DNA from: an uncultured Gemmatimonadales bacterium
Lineage (GTDB): Bacteria; Gemmatimonadota; Gemmatimonadetes; Gemmatimonadales; Gemmatimonadaceae
Direction of reading: 5' to 3'
Assembly (NCBI GenBank): GCA_963701965.1
Contig: OY969695.1
Location: 4,736,001-4,800,000, forward strand
DNA length: 64,000 bases
Part shown: one piece after another, positions 11,465 to 21,920 of the stretch
How positions within the stretch are numbered: position 1 is the stretch's first letter
How the letters are laid out: every line of letters starts with the position of its first letter
Notes under the pieces: generated by a model
Seen by the model: the letters and a program-made list of their open reading frames with translations, nothing else
What the model was told of the DNA's origin: nothing
Database searches by the model: none
Made by a program: the position numbers and the translations under genes

Positions 11465-12094
11465 ATGACAATGTGTGCAGGGCAGTGGACGAGACGGGCC
11501 GCTCTTCTGGTCCTGGCTCTCTTCTCGCCGCATCGGACGCTCGTGGCGCAGTCCACGGACTCCGCCGACGTCAAGTTCTTGCAAGGCATGATCGCGCACC
11601 ACGCCCAGGCTCTGGCTATGGTCGCGCTCATTCACGACCATACGACCAGTCCCCAACTACAGTTGATCGGCCAGCGGATCAAGATCTCGCAGCAGGACGA
11701 GATCGCGTTCATGCAGCAATGGCTCGAGGATCACCACCAAGTCGTTCCCACGGTCGACTCGAACAATGTCGCCCACATGCCCGGGGCGGCCATGGCGGGC
11801 ATGTCCATGCCGGGCATGACGATGATGATGCCGGGCATGTTGACGCCGGAGCAAATGCAGCAACTCGCCGCGGCCAAAGGCGCGGCGTTCGATCACCTGT
11901 TCCTCGAAGGGATGATCCGGCACCACCAAGGTGCCCTGTCCATGGTGAAGGACTTACTGGGCACGTCGGGTGCGGCGCAGGCGCCGGAGGTTTTCACGTT
12001 TGCCTCCGATGCCGACGCCGACCAGCGCGCCGAGATCAAGCGTATGCGCGCCGTATTGGAATCCACACATCAGACAGGAGATGCGAATCAATGA
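11465..12094 (+). CDS. DUF305 (ferritin-like) secreted protein with Met-rich linker
   Basis: DVKFLQGMIAHHAQALAM and FLEGMIRHHQGALSM. Confidence 0.9.
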   Translation: MTMCAGQWTRRAALLVLALFSPHRTLVAQSTDSADVKFLQGMIAHHAQALAMVALIHDHTTSPQLQLIGQRIKISQQDEIAFMQQWLEDHHQVVPTVDSNNVAHMPGAAMAGMSMPGMTMMMPGMLTPEQMQQLAAAKGAAFDHLFLEGMIRHHQGALSMVKDLLGTSGAAQAPEVFTFASDADADQRAEIKRMRAVLESTHQTGDANQ

Positions 12095-13863
12095 ACTGGC
12101 GTTCAGGCACAGGCTCTGCCGCCGTGGCTCTGCTCACTCTCGGGGGCGTCGCCGGAGCACAAACGGGCGGCTCCGGTTCCAGTGACCCGCGAGTAGGCCT
12201 CGCCGGAGGGCACTACGTCGAGGCCAGCTCGGCGATCAGCAATCTCGAGTTGGTGTCGCACTCCGACCGGCCCAAGGGATTCTTCAATCCCGGGAACCCG
12301 GGCGACTTCGGCGTCATCAACTCCGATCTCGCGTTCAGCGGGAAGTACGTGTTCCAGGGCAATTTCCACGGGATCCAGATCTGGGACATCTCCAATGTCC
12401 GGAATCCGGTCCTCAAGACGACCCTCGTGTGTCCCGGCGGCCAGGGCGACCCGTCGGTCTTCGGCAATCTGATGTTCATGTCGGTCGAGGAGACCCGCGG
12501 GCGGCTCGACTGCGGTACGCAGGGCGTGAAGGACTCGGTCAGTGCGGAGCGTTTCCGCGGCGTGCGCATATTCGACATCACGGATATCGAGCATCCCAAG
12601 CAGATCGCCGCCGTCCAGACGTGCCGCGGCTCGCACACGCACACACTGATCCCCGACCCCAAGGACAAGAACGTCCTCTACGTGTACGTCCAGGGCACGT
12701 CGCCCGTGCGCCCCGGTGCCGAGCTGGCCGGGTGCTCGGCGCTGCAGCCGGAGCAGGATCCCAACACGTCCCTGTTCCGCATCGAGATCATCCGCGTGCC
12801 GTTGGATGCGCCGCAGGACGCCAAGGTCATCAACGCGCCGCGCATCTTCGCCAACGCCGGCCAGATCAATGGTCTGTTCAAGGGCGGCAGCCACGGCGAA
12901 GGGACGCAGGTCGGCAACGTGACCGACCAGTGCCATGACATCACGGTCTATCCGGCGGTCGGCTTGGCGGCTGGCGCCTGCTCGGGGAACGGTATTCTCC
13001 TCGACATCCGCGACCCGGCCAATCCCAAGCGCGTCGCCGAGGTGACCGACCCGAACTTCGCCTACTTCCATTCGGCGACGTTCAGCAATGACGGGAAGAA
13101 GGTGATCTACACCGACGAATGGGGCGGCGGCACGCAGCCGCGGTGCCGGGCCAACGATCCGACGAAGTGGGGCGGCGACGCCATCTTCAACATCACGGCC
13201 GACAACAAACTGCAGTTGGGCGGATACTACAAGCTGCCGGCGCCGCAGACGGAGACGGAGAACTGCGTGGCGCACAACGGCTCGCTCATTCCGGTGCCGG
13301 GCCGCGATATCGCGGTGCAGGGCTGGTATCAGGGTGGCGTGTCGGTGTTCGATTTCAGCGATCCGGCCCACGCGACCGAGATTGCGTACTTCGATCGCGG
13401 CCCGCTGGATGTCAACCGCCTGATGATCGGCGGCGACTGGTCGGCCTACTGGTACAACGGCAACATCTTCGGCTCCGAGATCGCGCGCGGTCTCGACATC
13501 TTCGCGCTCAAGCCGAGCCAGTACCTGACCCAGAACGAGATCGACGCGGCGAGTCAGGTGCGGATCGGGACGTCGAACCCGTCGGATCAACCGAAGGTCA
13601 GTTGGACGCCGAGCTTTGTCGTCGCCCGTGCCTATCTCGATCAGCTCGAGCGTGGCAAGGGACTGGCCGCCGATAAGATCTCGGCGCTCCGGGACGATCT
13701 CGACAAAGCGGAGCACATGGACGCGTCGGCCCAGCGTGGCGCGTTGCAGAAGTTGGGCAAGCAGGCGGACGGCGACGCCAAGGGCGCGTCGGACGCCGAG
13801 CGCGTGCGTTGGTTGGCCGGCACCATCAAAGAGTTGGCGTCGGGCAAAGCGAACGGCGGCTGA
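12091..13863 (+). CDS. Secreted LVIVD-repeat protein
   Basis: Signal peptide; NSDLAF, CPGGQGDPSV, CRGSHTHT, CHDITV, CVAHNGSLIP; ATGA overlap with DUF305 gene. Confidence 0.85.
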   Translation: MNWRSGTGSAAVALLTLGGVAGAQTGGSGSSDPRVGLAGGHYVEASSAISNLELVSHSDRPKGFFNPGNPGDFGVINSDLAFSGKYVFQGNFHGIQIWDISNVRNPVLKTTLVCPGGQGDPSVFGNLMFMSVEETRGRLDCGTQGVKDSVSAERFRGVRIFDITDIEHPKQIAAVQTCRGSHTHTLIPDPKDKNVLYVYVQGTSPVRPGAELAGCSALQPEQDPNTSLFRIEIIRVPLDAPQDAKVINAPRIFANAGQINGLFKGGSHGEGTQVGNVTDQCHDITVYPAVGLAAGACSGNGILLDIRDPANPKRVAEVTDPNFAYFHSATFSNDGKKVIYTDEWGGGTQPRCRANDPTKWGGDAIFNITADNKLQLGGYYKLPAPQTETENCVAHNGSLIPVPGRDIAVQGWYQGGVSVFDFSDPAHATEIAYFDRGPLDVNRLMIGGDWSAYWYNGNIFGSEIARGLDIFALKPSQYLTQNEIDAASQVRIGTSNPSDQPKVSWTPSFVVARAYLDQLERGKGLAADKISALRDDLDKAEHMDASAQRGALQKLGKQADGDAKGASDAERVRWLAGTIKELASGKANGG

Positions 13864-13929
13864 TCGTCGGGCTCGTCGAGTCTGTCCCGGGGGCCTGGCG
13901 GCGAGTTGCCGTCGGGCCCCCGTGGCGCG

Positions 13930-16617
13930 TTAGTCCGCCCGCAACGCGACGTTGGGCGCGACGCGCGTAGCGCGGAGCGCCGGGATGACGGATGCCGCAA
14001 CGGCCGCGGTCAGGAGAATGCCCATGGCCGCCCCGAAAACCAGCGGATCCGTCGGCGGCTCCTGAAACAGCAGGGGAGCGACCCATCGGGCCAGCGCCAC
14101 CGCCACGATGCCCCCCAGCACGATCCCGGCAATGGCGAAGCGTACGCCGTCGGCCAGCACCAGCCACAGGATGTTGGCGGACCCCGCGCCCAGCGCCACC
14201 CGCACGCCCAGCTCGCGCGTGCGCTGGGCGACGCTATACGCGATCACGCTATAGAGTCCGATCGCGGCGAGCGCCAGGGCCAGGGCACCGAAGGCCACGA
14301 ACATTGTCGCGCCCAGTCGCCACGATTGCTGTTCCGGGCCGATAATGGTGCGCATCGGCATCACGGTGACGTAGGCGGCGCCCGGCATCAGCCGTTGCAG
14401 CCGGCGCCGCGTCGACTCGGCGATGACACGCGCGTCCTGCCGGGTCCTGACGAAGAGCCTCGCCTCCTCCGGATTCCACTGCCGGATGGGGAGATAGTAC
14501 TGGAGTCCGGGATCGTCCGTGAGGCTGCTCTGCTTGATGCCATCCGTGATGCCCACAACCGTCGTGCAGGGCATCGTGTCCGCGTCGACCTTGAGGCACT
14601 GGCCGATCGCGTCCCGATCCGGCCACAACGTGCGCGCCATAGGCTCGCTCACGAGCATCACCCGGAGGGCTCCCTCGCGATCCGCGTCCGTAAACCCGCG
14701 GCCCCGCACGACGCGCGTCCCGACGGTCTCGAAGTACTCCGACGACGCCGCCTGAATCGTGAATCGACCTGCCCGGGGGATCGAATCGCCGTTGGGGCGA
14801 AACAAGTCCAGGGTCCACGTGGTCCAGAATGGCACCGAAAACCCCAACGCCGCGTGCGCGATCCCCGGCATGCTCCGCACCTCGTCGAGCATCCGCTGCG
14901 CCAACTGGATGCGCTCCGGCGCAGTTGGCGTCGTGCCGCGCCACACCGGACTGATGTACAACAGCTGATCCACGTCGTAGCCCAACCGCAGCGTGCGCAC
15001 GTGATGCAGGCTGCGGACGAAGAGCCCGGCTCCGACGAGAAGAACCACAGACAGCACTCCCTGAAAGAGCAACAGCGCAACGCGCAAGCGGGAATGGTGT
15101 CGTCTCGTATCGCGCGCTCCATCCTGCATCGTTGCCGCCAGATTCGAGCGACCTGCATGCAGCGCCGGACCGATGCCCGTCAGCGAGGCGGCCGCGATCG
15201 CGCCGACGGCGGCGAAGATCAGCGTGCGGGTGTCGCCCCAGACATTGATCGCAACGTCCGGCAGAAACAGGACTCGCAGAACAGTGTCGGCGCCCGCGGC
15301 GATAACGACGCTGGCGAGGGCGCCCAAACCCGCGAACACGAGCGATTCCGTGAGCACTTGGGCGAACAGGCGGCCGCGGCTCACGCCGAGTGCCAGGCGC
15401 AGCGCGATCTCCCGACGACCTTGCATCGCGCGGAGAAGGAACAGGTTCGCGACGTTCGCGCAGGCTATGAGCAGTACGGCGACGGCGACGCCGCCAACCC
15501 ACAGGGCCACGCGGGCCACGCCGCTGGTGCGTGGACCGCGATCGACCTGGATCGGCCCGGCCAGGGCTCGCGGACGCGCGGCGCTGGCGGGCGAGACCGT
15601 TCGGGTCGTGGCCTCCGCCGCGTAGCTTCGCTGGAAGGCCTCGGTAAGGTCGCGCCCCGTCGCGTCCACGCTCACGCCGGATTTTCGGCGCGCGAGCATC
15701 TCCATCCACTGCCAGTTGTACTTGGTGTAATAGTCGCTCGGATTCTTGAACAAGCCGACCGTGGACGCGTAGCTCGTGATCGGGATGAAGAGCGCGGCGG
15801 GCCGCCCGGCATCAATGCCGGCGAATCCCGGAGGCGCGACGCCGATGATCGTGCACGAAAGCGCGCCTACTTTGAGCACGGTGCCGAGGATGTCCCGCCG
15901 TCCGCCATAGTGGGCCTGCCAGAACGCCGACCCGATGACGACGACCGGGGCGCTGGCCCCAATGCTGTCCTCGTGCTCCGTAAAGAAGCGTCCGATGACG
16001 GGCTGGACATCGAAGAACGCGAAATAGCTCGCGCTCGCGATGCCGACTTCCATCTCGCGGGTGTCCTCGCCGCTGCCGACTGCCAGCGTGCTCGATTGAA
16101 ACGCCGCGGTTTGCTCCAGTGCCGTGGACCAACGCCGCAGGTCGCGGTACCGCGTGTACGACATGTGACTCTCGGGCTGGTCGAGGTCGTCGCCGTGCTG
16201 GATCAGATACACCCGGTGCACGAACGCCGGCGACCGGAGGAACCCCGGCGGGCGGAAGAGCAGGCGGTCGACGATGCCGAACATCGCGACGTTGGCGCCG
16301 AGTCCGAGTCCGAGCGTCAAGATGACGGCGACGGCGAAACCCGGACGCCGGCGTATGCGGCGCACGGCATAGCGCACATCTTGGATGCGCCGTTCGAGCC
16401 ACCGCAGACCCCGCGCGTCGCGCGCGTCGTCCTTGATCCGCGCGACACCGCCGAACGCGAGCCGCGCCCGCCGCGTCGCTTCGGCCTCCGTCATCCCCTC
16501 GGCGCAGTGTTGCGCGATCGCCTGGGCGAGATGAAAAGCGAGCTCCTCATCCAGCTCGCGCTCGACGACGTGCCGGCGAAAGAGCGCCCGGAGCCGGTAC
16601 CGGAGATCGCTGAGCAT
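13930..16617 (-). CDS. ADOP-type duplicated ABC permease (paralog of 8690-11416)
   Basis: MLSDLRYRLRALFRR, LLIACANVANLFLLR, GLYSVIAYSVAQRTRELGVR. Confidence 0.92.
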   Translation of the reverse strand: MLSDLRYRLRALFRRHVVERELDEELAFHLAQAIAQHCAEGMTEAEATRRARLAFGGVARIKDDARDARGLRWLERRIQDVRYAVRRIRRRPGFAVAVILTLGLGLGANVAMFGIVDRLLFRPPGFLRSPAFVHRVYLIQHGDDLDQPESHMSYTRYRDLRRWSTALEQTAAFQSSTLAVGSGEDTREMEVGIASASYFAFFDVQPVIGRFFTEHEDSIGASAPVVVIGSAFWQAHYGGRRDILGTVLKVGALSCTIIGVAPPGFAGIDAGRPAALFIPITSYASTVGLFKNPSDYYTKYNWQWMEMLARRKSGVSVDATGRDLTEAFQRSYAAEATTRTVSPASAARPRALAGPIQVDRGPRTSGVARVALWVGGVAVAVLLIACANVANLFLLRAMQGRREIALRLALGVSRGRLFAQVLTESLVFAGLGALASVVIAAGADTVLRVLFLPDVAINVWGDTRTLIFAAVGAIAAASLTGIGPALHAGRSNLAATMQDGARDTRRHHSRLRVALLLFQGVLSVVLLVGAGLFVRSLHHVRTLRLGYDVDQLLYISPVWRGTTPTAPERIQLAQRMLDEVRSMPGIAHAALGFSVPFWTTWTLDLFRPNGDSIPRAGRFTIQAASSEYFETVGTRVVRGRGFTDADREGALRVMLVSEPMARTLWPDRDAIGQCLKVDADTMPCTTVVGITDGIKQSSLTDDPGLQYYLPIRQWNPEEARLFVRTRQDARVIAESTRRRLQRLMPGAAYVTVMPMRTIIGPEQQSWRLGATMFVAFGALALALAAIGLYSVIAYSVAQRTRELGVRVALGAGSANILWLVLADGVRFAIAGIVLGGIVAVALARWVAPLLFQEPPTDPLVFGAAMGILLTAAVAASVIPALRATRVAPNVALRAD

Positions 16618-16636
16618 GCCCTATATATGTCGGCGT

Positions 16637-16652
16637 CCTGTAGAAGCGCAAG
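16637..16652 (-). promoter_or_regulatory. Second copy of putative PadR operator (CTTGCG-cttc-TACAGG)
   Basis: 13/16 identity to 8325-8340; 19 bp upstream of the permease ATG. Confidence 0.55.
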
Positions 16653-16661
16653 GTGAGCGAT

Positions 16662-17675
16662 TCAGGTGCGGCGCAGCAGTCGCAGCGCCGATCGGCCCTC
16701 GGCCGGCAGTTGGTCCATGGTACATTGGCGCGGCGCTTTGTCGGGACGCCAACGGTGGAACGTCGTGCCGTGGCGAAACCGCCCTTCGCTGAAGTGATCG
16801 TAGGCCACTTCGACGACGAGCGTCGGGTCGACGGCGATCCACTCCGCCGAGCGCGCCGTGCTCCATCGACTGGGGCCGCCCGGCGCGCGTCCCGTGAAGC
16901 CCGATCCTCCGGTGACGGGCGCGAGCACGCCAGCCAACGTCGCCCGTTCGGCGGCGGTGAAGGATGACGTGAATCCGACATGGTGGAGCAGCCCCGCGTC
17001 GTCATACAGCCCGAGGAGCAAAGACCCGACAGCGCGGCCGCGCGAGGCGCGCCGGAATCCCCCCACCACGCAGTCCGCGGTCCGGATGAATTTGACCTTT
17101 TGCATCCCGGTCCGTTCGCCGGACTGATATGGGAGATCAGCCCGCTTGGCGACGACGCCGTCCAACCCGGTCCGTTCGCCACCCAGCCAACGCCGGGCCA
17201 TGGCCACACTCCGGGTCACCGGCGAGAGGCGCAGGGTCTTGGCCGCGCCATAGCGTGCCCACGACGCTTCGAGTCTCTCCCGACGATCGGCCAGCGGCCG
17301 GTCGACGAGCGATCCCCGGCCATCCGCGAGCAGATCGAACACGATGAGCCAAGCGGGAGTCAAGGACGCGAGCATCCGGACCCGGCTCGCCGCGGGATGG
17401 ATGCGTTGCAGGAGTTGGTCGAACGAGAGTGCCCCGTGCGCGGGCACCACGATCTCGCCATCGAGCACGAAGCGCGTGCCGCCGACCTCGCCGATGGCCG
17501 CCGCGACGTCGGGAAAGTAGCGCGTCAGCGGTTTGCCGGATTTCGACATCAACGTCACGCGGTCGCCGTCGCGATACGCGAGGCAGCGAAAGCCATCCCA
17601 CTTTGGCTCGTACCACCACTCGCGGCCGACCGGCAACTCATCGACCGGCTTGGCCTCCATCGCTTCGTATCGCAT
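16662..17675 (-). CDS. ATP-dependent DNA ligase, LigC-like
   Basis: YEPKWDGFR, LDGEIVV, DGVVAK, RTADCVVGG, RFRHGT..RWRPDK. Confidence 0.92.
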   Translation of the reverse strand: MRYEAMEAKPVDELPVGREWWYEPKWDGFRCLAYRDGDRVTLMSKSGKPLTRYFPDVAAAIGEVGGTRFVLDGEIVVPAHGALSFDQLLQRIHPAASRVRMLASLTPAWLIVFDLLADGRGSLVDRPLADRRERLEASWARYGAAKTLRLSPVTRSVAMARRWLGGERTGLDGVVAKRADLPYQSGERTGMQKVKFIRTADCVVGGFRRASRGRAVGSLLLGLYDDAGLLHHVGFTSSFTAAERATLAGVLAPVTGGSGFTGRAPGGPSRWSTARSAEWIAVDPTLVVEVAYDHFSEGRFRHGTTFHRWRPDKAPRQCTMDQLPAEGRSALRLLRRT

Positions 17676-17782
17676 GTCCCATTTAGTGGACAAAAACGGA
17701 CGTCGGGGCCGGTTAGAGGCACCCTGCGTTGCAGGCTCGGCTGGCCCGGCACGTGCCCTACTACGAGCCCAACGGAGGAAGC

Positions 17783-18322
17783 ATGATCAAAACATTCGGC
17801 TTTCTGGCGGTGTGCGCCGTTGGGATGGTGTCGGTACCCGCTGTGGCGCAATCCTCGCGCCCGGGCGGCGGCGATCATCACGAAGCACCGGCGCATCATA
17901 TTCCCGATCACGGGCCCCCGGCAATGCGCGAGCCGCACGCGCCTCCGGCCGAGCATCGCGACTACCGCAATGGGCCCGGGCATCCAAACGCGCCGCACGT
18001 GCACGACGACGGGCGGTGGATCGGACACGAGTCCGGGCGCAACGACGTGCACTATCACCTCGATCGCCCGTGGGAACACGGGCATTTCCGCGGGGATCTC
18101 GGCCCGTCGCACATCTATCGGTTAGGTGGCGGCACCCGCGAGCGGTTCGCGTTCGGCGGCGTGTTCTTCAGCGTCGCCCCGTACGACTATGACTACGCCA
18201 ACGATTGGCTCTGGGACGCCGACAACATCGTGATCTACGACGATCCCGACCATGACGGCTGGTACCTGGCCTACAACGTGAGACTGGGCACGTACGTGCA
18301 CGTGGAGTACCTCGGCGGCTAA
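17783..18322 (+). CDS. Secreted His-rich hypothetical protein
   Basis: GGAGG RBS, signal peptide, His/Pro-rich N-half, IYDDPDHDGWYLAYNVRLGTYVHV tail. Confidence 0.7.
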   Translation: MIKTFGFLAVCAVGMVSVPAVAQSSRPGGGDHHEAPAHHIPDHGPPAMREPHAPPAEHRDYRNGPGHPNAPHVHDDGRWIGHESGRNDVHYHLDRPWEHGHFRGDLGPSHIYRLGGGTRERFAFGGVFFSVAPYDYDYANDWLWDADNIVIYDDPDHDGWYLAYNVRLGTYVHVEYLGG

Positions 18323-18399
18323 CGCCACAACGGGTGGGCGCACGGCCATCGTGGGTGCTAGCATACGAGAACCGTATTCTGGCACCCACGAGGCCTCTC

Positions 18400-19138
18400 A
18401 TGGATCGCGCGCATTTTTACGCTACAATGAACGGAGAAGGGACGCTCGACTACGAGCGCTACCTGAACACCAAGGTGTTGCTCTCCGCCCAGAAGGATTT
18501 CGCAGCGTTCTGCAATGCCGACGAGCTGCAATTTCAGATCGTCCATCAGGTCGAAGAGCTGTGGATGAAGCTGATCGGCTATACGCTCCTCGATATCAAT
18601 GACTATCTGCAGCAGGAGAACACCAACCGCATCGTCACGCTGTTTCGCCGCGTGCACCTCGCGCTCCGCCTCATGATCGAACAGCTGGCGCTGCTGGAGA
18701 CAATGTCGCCGCGGGAGTACCAGGAGATCCGCTTGCAGCTGGGGAACGGCAGCGGCCAGGAATCGCCCGGCTTCCGGACGATCATCAAGATGCCGGGACA
18801 TCTCTGGGAGTCGTTCAAGAGCGCCTATCTCGACCGCCACGGCCTCACTATCGAGAAGATCTACAACTCCGAATATGCGCACGGGGACGCCTACGTCGTC
18901 GCCGAGGCGCTCGCCGAATTCGACGAGCTGTTCCAGCGGTTCCGGTTCTGCCACATGCAATTGATCCAGCGCACGATCGGCTTCGGCGCCAAGTCACTCA
19001 AAGGCCGGCCCGTCGACCGGCTGGTGGAGGGCCAGAACGTCAAATTCTTCCCGGAGCTATGGGAGATCCGGAACCAGAATGACCGACGCGTGGGGCGGCC
19101 AGTACGGCGTCGTCCGGGACTCCCTGGGCGCGCACTGA
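18400..19138 (+). CDS. Tryptophan 2,3-dioxygenase family protein (1-bp insertion near 19078)
   Basis: YERYL, DELQFQIVHQVEELWMKL, LGNGSGQESPGF, FFPELWEIR. Confidence 0.85.
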
Positions 19139-21256
19139 TCAGCGGAGCAGGTCGACGCGCCAGCTGAATTCCTCCGCCAGAGACCCGCTCCACCCCTCGC
19201 GGACGAACGCCAGGCGGCCGGTGCGGTCCAGGAACCAGGTCGTGGGGAACCCGCGAATCCCGATCCGTTCGACGTAGGCGTTGTCGACGAGAATCGGAAA
19301 TGACAGGTGTCGCCGCGCGACGAATTGCTCGGCGGCCGGCGGCTCGTCGAGATAGTCGACCGCGAGCACGACGACCGACGTGTCCTGGCGGATGCTCTCG
19401 TACCATCGCGCGAACTCCGGCATCTCGGCCACACATTCGGCGCACCAGGCGCCCCAGAAATGGAGTACCACGATCTTGCCGCGGACCGCGTCGCTGGTCA
19501 CCGTGCTGTCGCTGCCCAAGCGCGTCAGGTGGAAGGCGGGCACCAGCGCCGGCGTCCGCAGCCGGGACGCCGCGACCATCGCGCGGCGCCGCCGGCGGTC
19601 CTCGACGCTCAGGGAGTCCACGTACGCCGCGAAGTCGGGCGGCGCGCCGCCGCGCGCCGCGAAAAGGCGCCGCAGCGCATCGCCATTTCTGGTCCCGTCG
19701 AATCCGTGGTTGATGAGCTCCATCTGGTGGCCGGTCACATAGCGCTGCTGCGCCAACCGGCGCCGCCCATCCGCCTCGGCCACGCGTCCCATGTGGTAGT
19801 ACACGAGGGGATTGGCCGAGTCCGCGGACTTGGCCTCGGTGAGGAGGCGCCGCGCGTCGGCGATCCGTCCTTCGTTGAAGTACACCCACCCGAGCGCATC
19901 GCGCTCCTCACCGGTGAGCCGCGCCCACTCTTGCGCGCGCTGGAGCGGATTGAGGCGATCGAAGCGTGGCGCGAAATCCCGGTGGAAGATCGAATCCCCG
20001 CCGCGGGCCAGTCCCTCGGCGTACCGTAAGGCAATGCGACGGTCGGCGAGGGTCAGTGGCGCGAAGACGTACAACCACTGCGGGTTGGCGTTGTTGTAGC
20101 GTACCATGCCCTGCACGTTGCGCAGCACTTCGGCGCTAGAGACCGTCGAGTCGTGCGCCTCGCTGGCGAACAGCTCGAAATACGCGGCGCCCCGCATCAG
20201 GCTCTCGTGGTGCGTGGAGGGCTCCACGAAAGCCGAGAGGCGCGCCCGGTAGACGGACACGGTGTCCTTGGCCTTGCGCACGCGTTGCATGCGAAGATAG
20301 TCCGCGAAGGGACTTTCGGGGTGCTCTCGCAGGAGCCGATCGTGCAACGCCTGGGCGCGAGAGGTGTCGCCGAGCAGATCGTAGCCGTCCGCCGCGTGAA
20401 AGAGTGCGGATGCCGCTGCGTCGCGGCGGCCAAGCAACCCCGCGATGTCGTCGATGACCGCGGTCTGGGGTCTGTGGGCGCGGATGAGCGCCTGCCAGTA
20501 GTCCGAGTGGATGCCGGCGGCGTATGGCGCGTGCGCGGCGGCGCGGGCCAGGGCGGCTATGTCCCCGGTGTCGCTCATCCCCCGTCTGTCGTAGATGGCC
20601 TGGAAGTAGTCGGCGTCGACGTTGGTCGAGTCCAGCCGCCGCGCGGCCGCGAACGCGGCCTCGGCCCGGTCCCAGGTCGCCGAGTCGCCCGGGAGAAAGA
20701 ACGCCACTTGGCTCAGGGCCGCACCCTCCAGGGCGTACAGCTCCGCGGACTCCGGTACGCCCCGAAGTTGTCCCGAGTCGAGGGCCGCTACTGCCGCCGC
20801 GCCTCGCTGGTGCGTGAAGAGCGCGAAGGCGTAGGCCCAGAGGAAATCCGGCTCAGGCGATCCCCTGGTCGCTAGGGCGTGGCCGAGGGCAATCGCTTGG
20901 TAGTCATCGGGTCCCTCGGCGAGGGCCACGACGCGGGCAAACACGCGCCAGAGAGACGTCTTCGGGATCGAGTCAGCGGCGGCCAGGGCCTCGTCGGCCA
21001 GCCCGTACCGCGCCTCGTTGGCCACGAACCACGCCAGGAACTCAGGTGTCTTGGCCGTCTGGGGCGCCGCCAACCCGGCCCGGTAGCCCCCCTCGAAATC
21101 GTGCTGGAAGAACAGCGTCCGCAGGTCGGCGGCCGACTGGGCACCCGCCGGGAAAGCGAGAACCATCGCTGCGATTGCGGGAGCCACGGATTGGCCATAT
21201 CGTCTGAGGCTGCGGTGACGCGCTGGCCCAGACGTTACAGTTGTGACGGGGGTCAC
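19139..21256 (-). CDS. TPR-repeat protein with C-terminal TlpA-like thioredoxin domain (start uncertain)
   Basis: DALGWVYF TPR; VLHFWGAWCAECVAEMP; GFPTTWFLD. Confidence 0.8.
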   Translation of the reverse strand: MTPVTTVTSGPARHRSLRRYGQSVAPAIAAMVLAFPAGAQSAADLRTLFFQHDFEGGYRAGLAAPQTAKTPEFLAWFVANEARYGLADEALAAADSIPKTSLWRVFARVVALAEGPDDYQAIALGHALATRGSPEPDFLWAYAFALFTHQRGAAAVAALDSGQLRGVPESAELYALEGAALSQVAFFLPGDSATWDRAEAAFAAARRLDSTNVDADYFQAIYDRRGMSDTGDIAALARAAAHAPYAAGIHSDYWQALIRAHRPQTAVIDDIAGLLGRRDAAASALFHAADGYDLLGDTSRAQALHDRLLREHPESPFADYLRMQRVRKAKDTVSVYRARLSAFVEPSTHHESLMRGAAYFELFASEAHDSTVSSAEVLRNVQGMVRYNNANPQWLYVFAPLTLADRRIALRYAEGLARGGDSIFHRDFAPRFDRLNPLQRAQEWARLTGEERDALGWVYFNEGRIADARRLLTEAKSADSANPLVYYHMGRVAEADGRRRLAQQRYVTGHQMELINHGFDGTRNGDALRRLFAARGGAPPDFAAYVDSLSVEDRRRRRAMVAASRLRTPALVPAFHLTRLGSDSTVTSDAVRGKIVVLHFWGAWCAECVAEMPEFARWYESIRQDTSVVVLAVDYLDEPPAAEQFVARRHLSFPILVDNAYVERIGIRGFPTTWFLDRTGRLAFVREGWSGSLAEEFSWRVDLLR

Positions 21257-21352
21257 GCGATAAGCTGTGGTGAGGCGTTCTCTTACGTTATGTGCACGAC
21301 AGTACCCGCCGCCAGTTGACTAAAACGCAGCACGAGCCGGAGGGCTCCTACC

Positions 21353-21845
21353 ATGGCATTCGACGCCTATCTCAACCTGCAGGGCATCACGGGCGAAGCG
21401 ACCCGCAAAGGCTTTGAAGGCTGGATCGAGATCGAGTCGTTCAGCTTCGGCGCCTCGAACCCCGTCAGCATCGGCACAGCCAGCACGGGCGCCGGCGCCG
21501 GCAAGGTGTCCTTGAGCTCCTTCAACACGCTGAAGCGCACGGATTCCTCGAGCCCGGTGCTCTTCCAAAAGTGTTGCTCGGGTCAGCACTTCGCGAAGGT
21601 CTCGCTGGCGTTGAACAAAGCGGGCGGCGACGCCGCCGTGAAGTTCTTGCAGTACGACTTCACCGAAGTGTTCGTCGACAGCATCCAGTGGTCCGGTTCG
21701 GGCGGGGGCGAGGAGACGCCGTCGGAGTCCCTGTCGTTCGCCTTCGCGTCGATCAACGTGACGTATACGCCGCAGAAGGTGACCGGCGAGGCGGGATCGG
21801 CCATTGTCGCCGGGTGGGACGTCAAGGCCAACAACAAGAATGTAA
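21353..21845 (+). CDS. hcp: Hcp type VI secretion tube protein (orphan); runs to 21904 if the GAATG at 21838 is not corrected
   Basis: MAFDAYLNLQGITGE, WIEIESFSFGASN, DSSSPVL, PSESLSFAF, AGWDVKAN. Confidence 0.92.
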
Positions 21846-21920
21846 GCCGGGCGCCCGCACGGGCGCCTCATGGCCTGGCCGTCACGCTCCTTCCCGGGGC
21901 GTGACGGCTATGTTTTTGGG

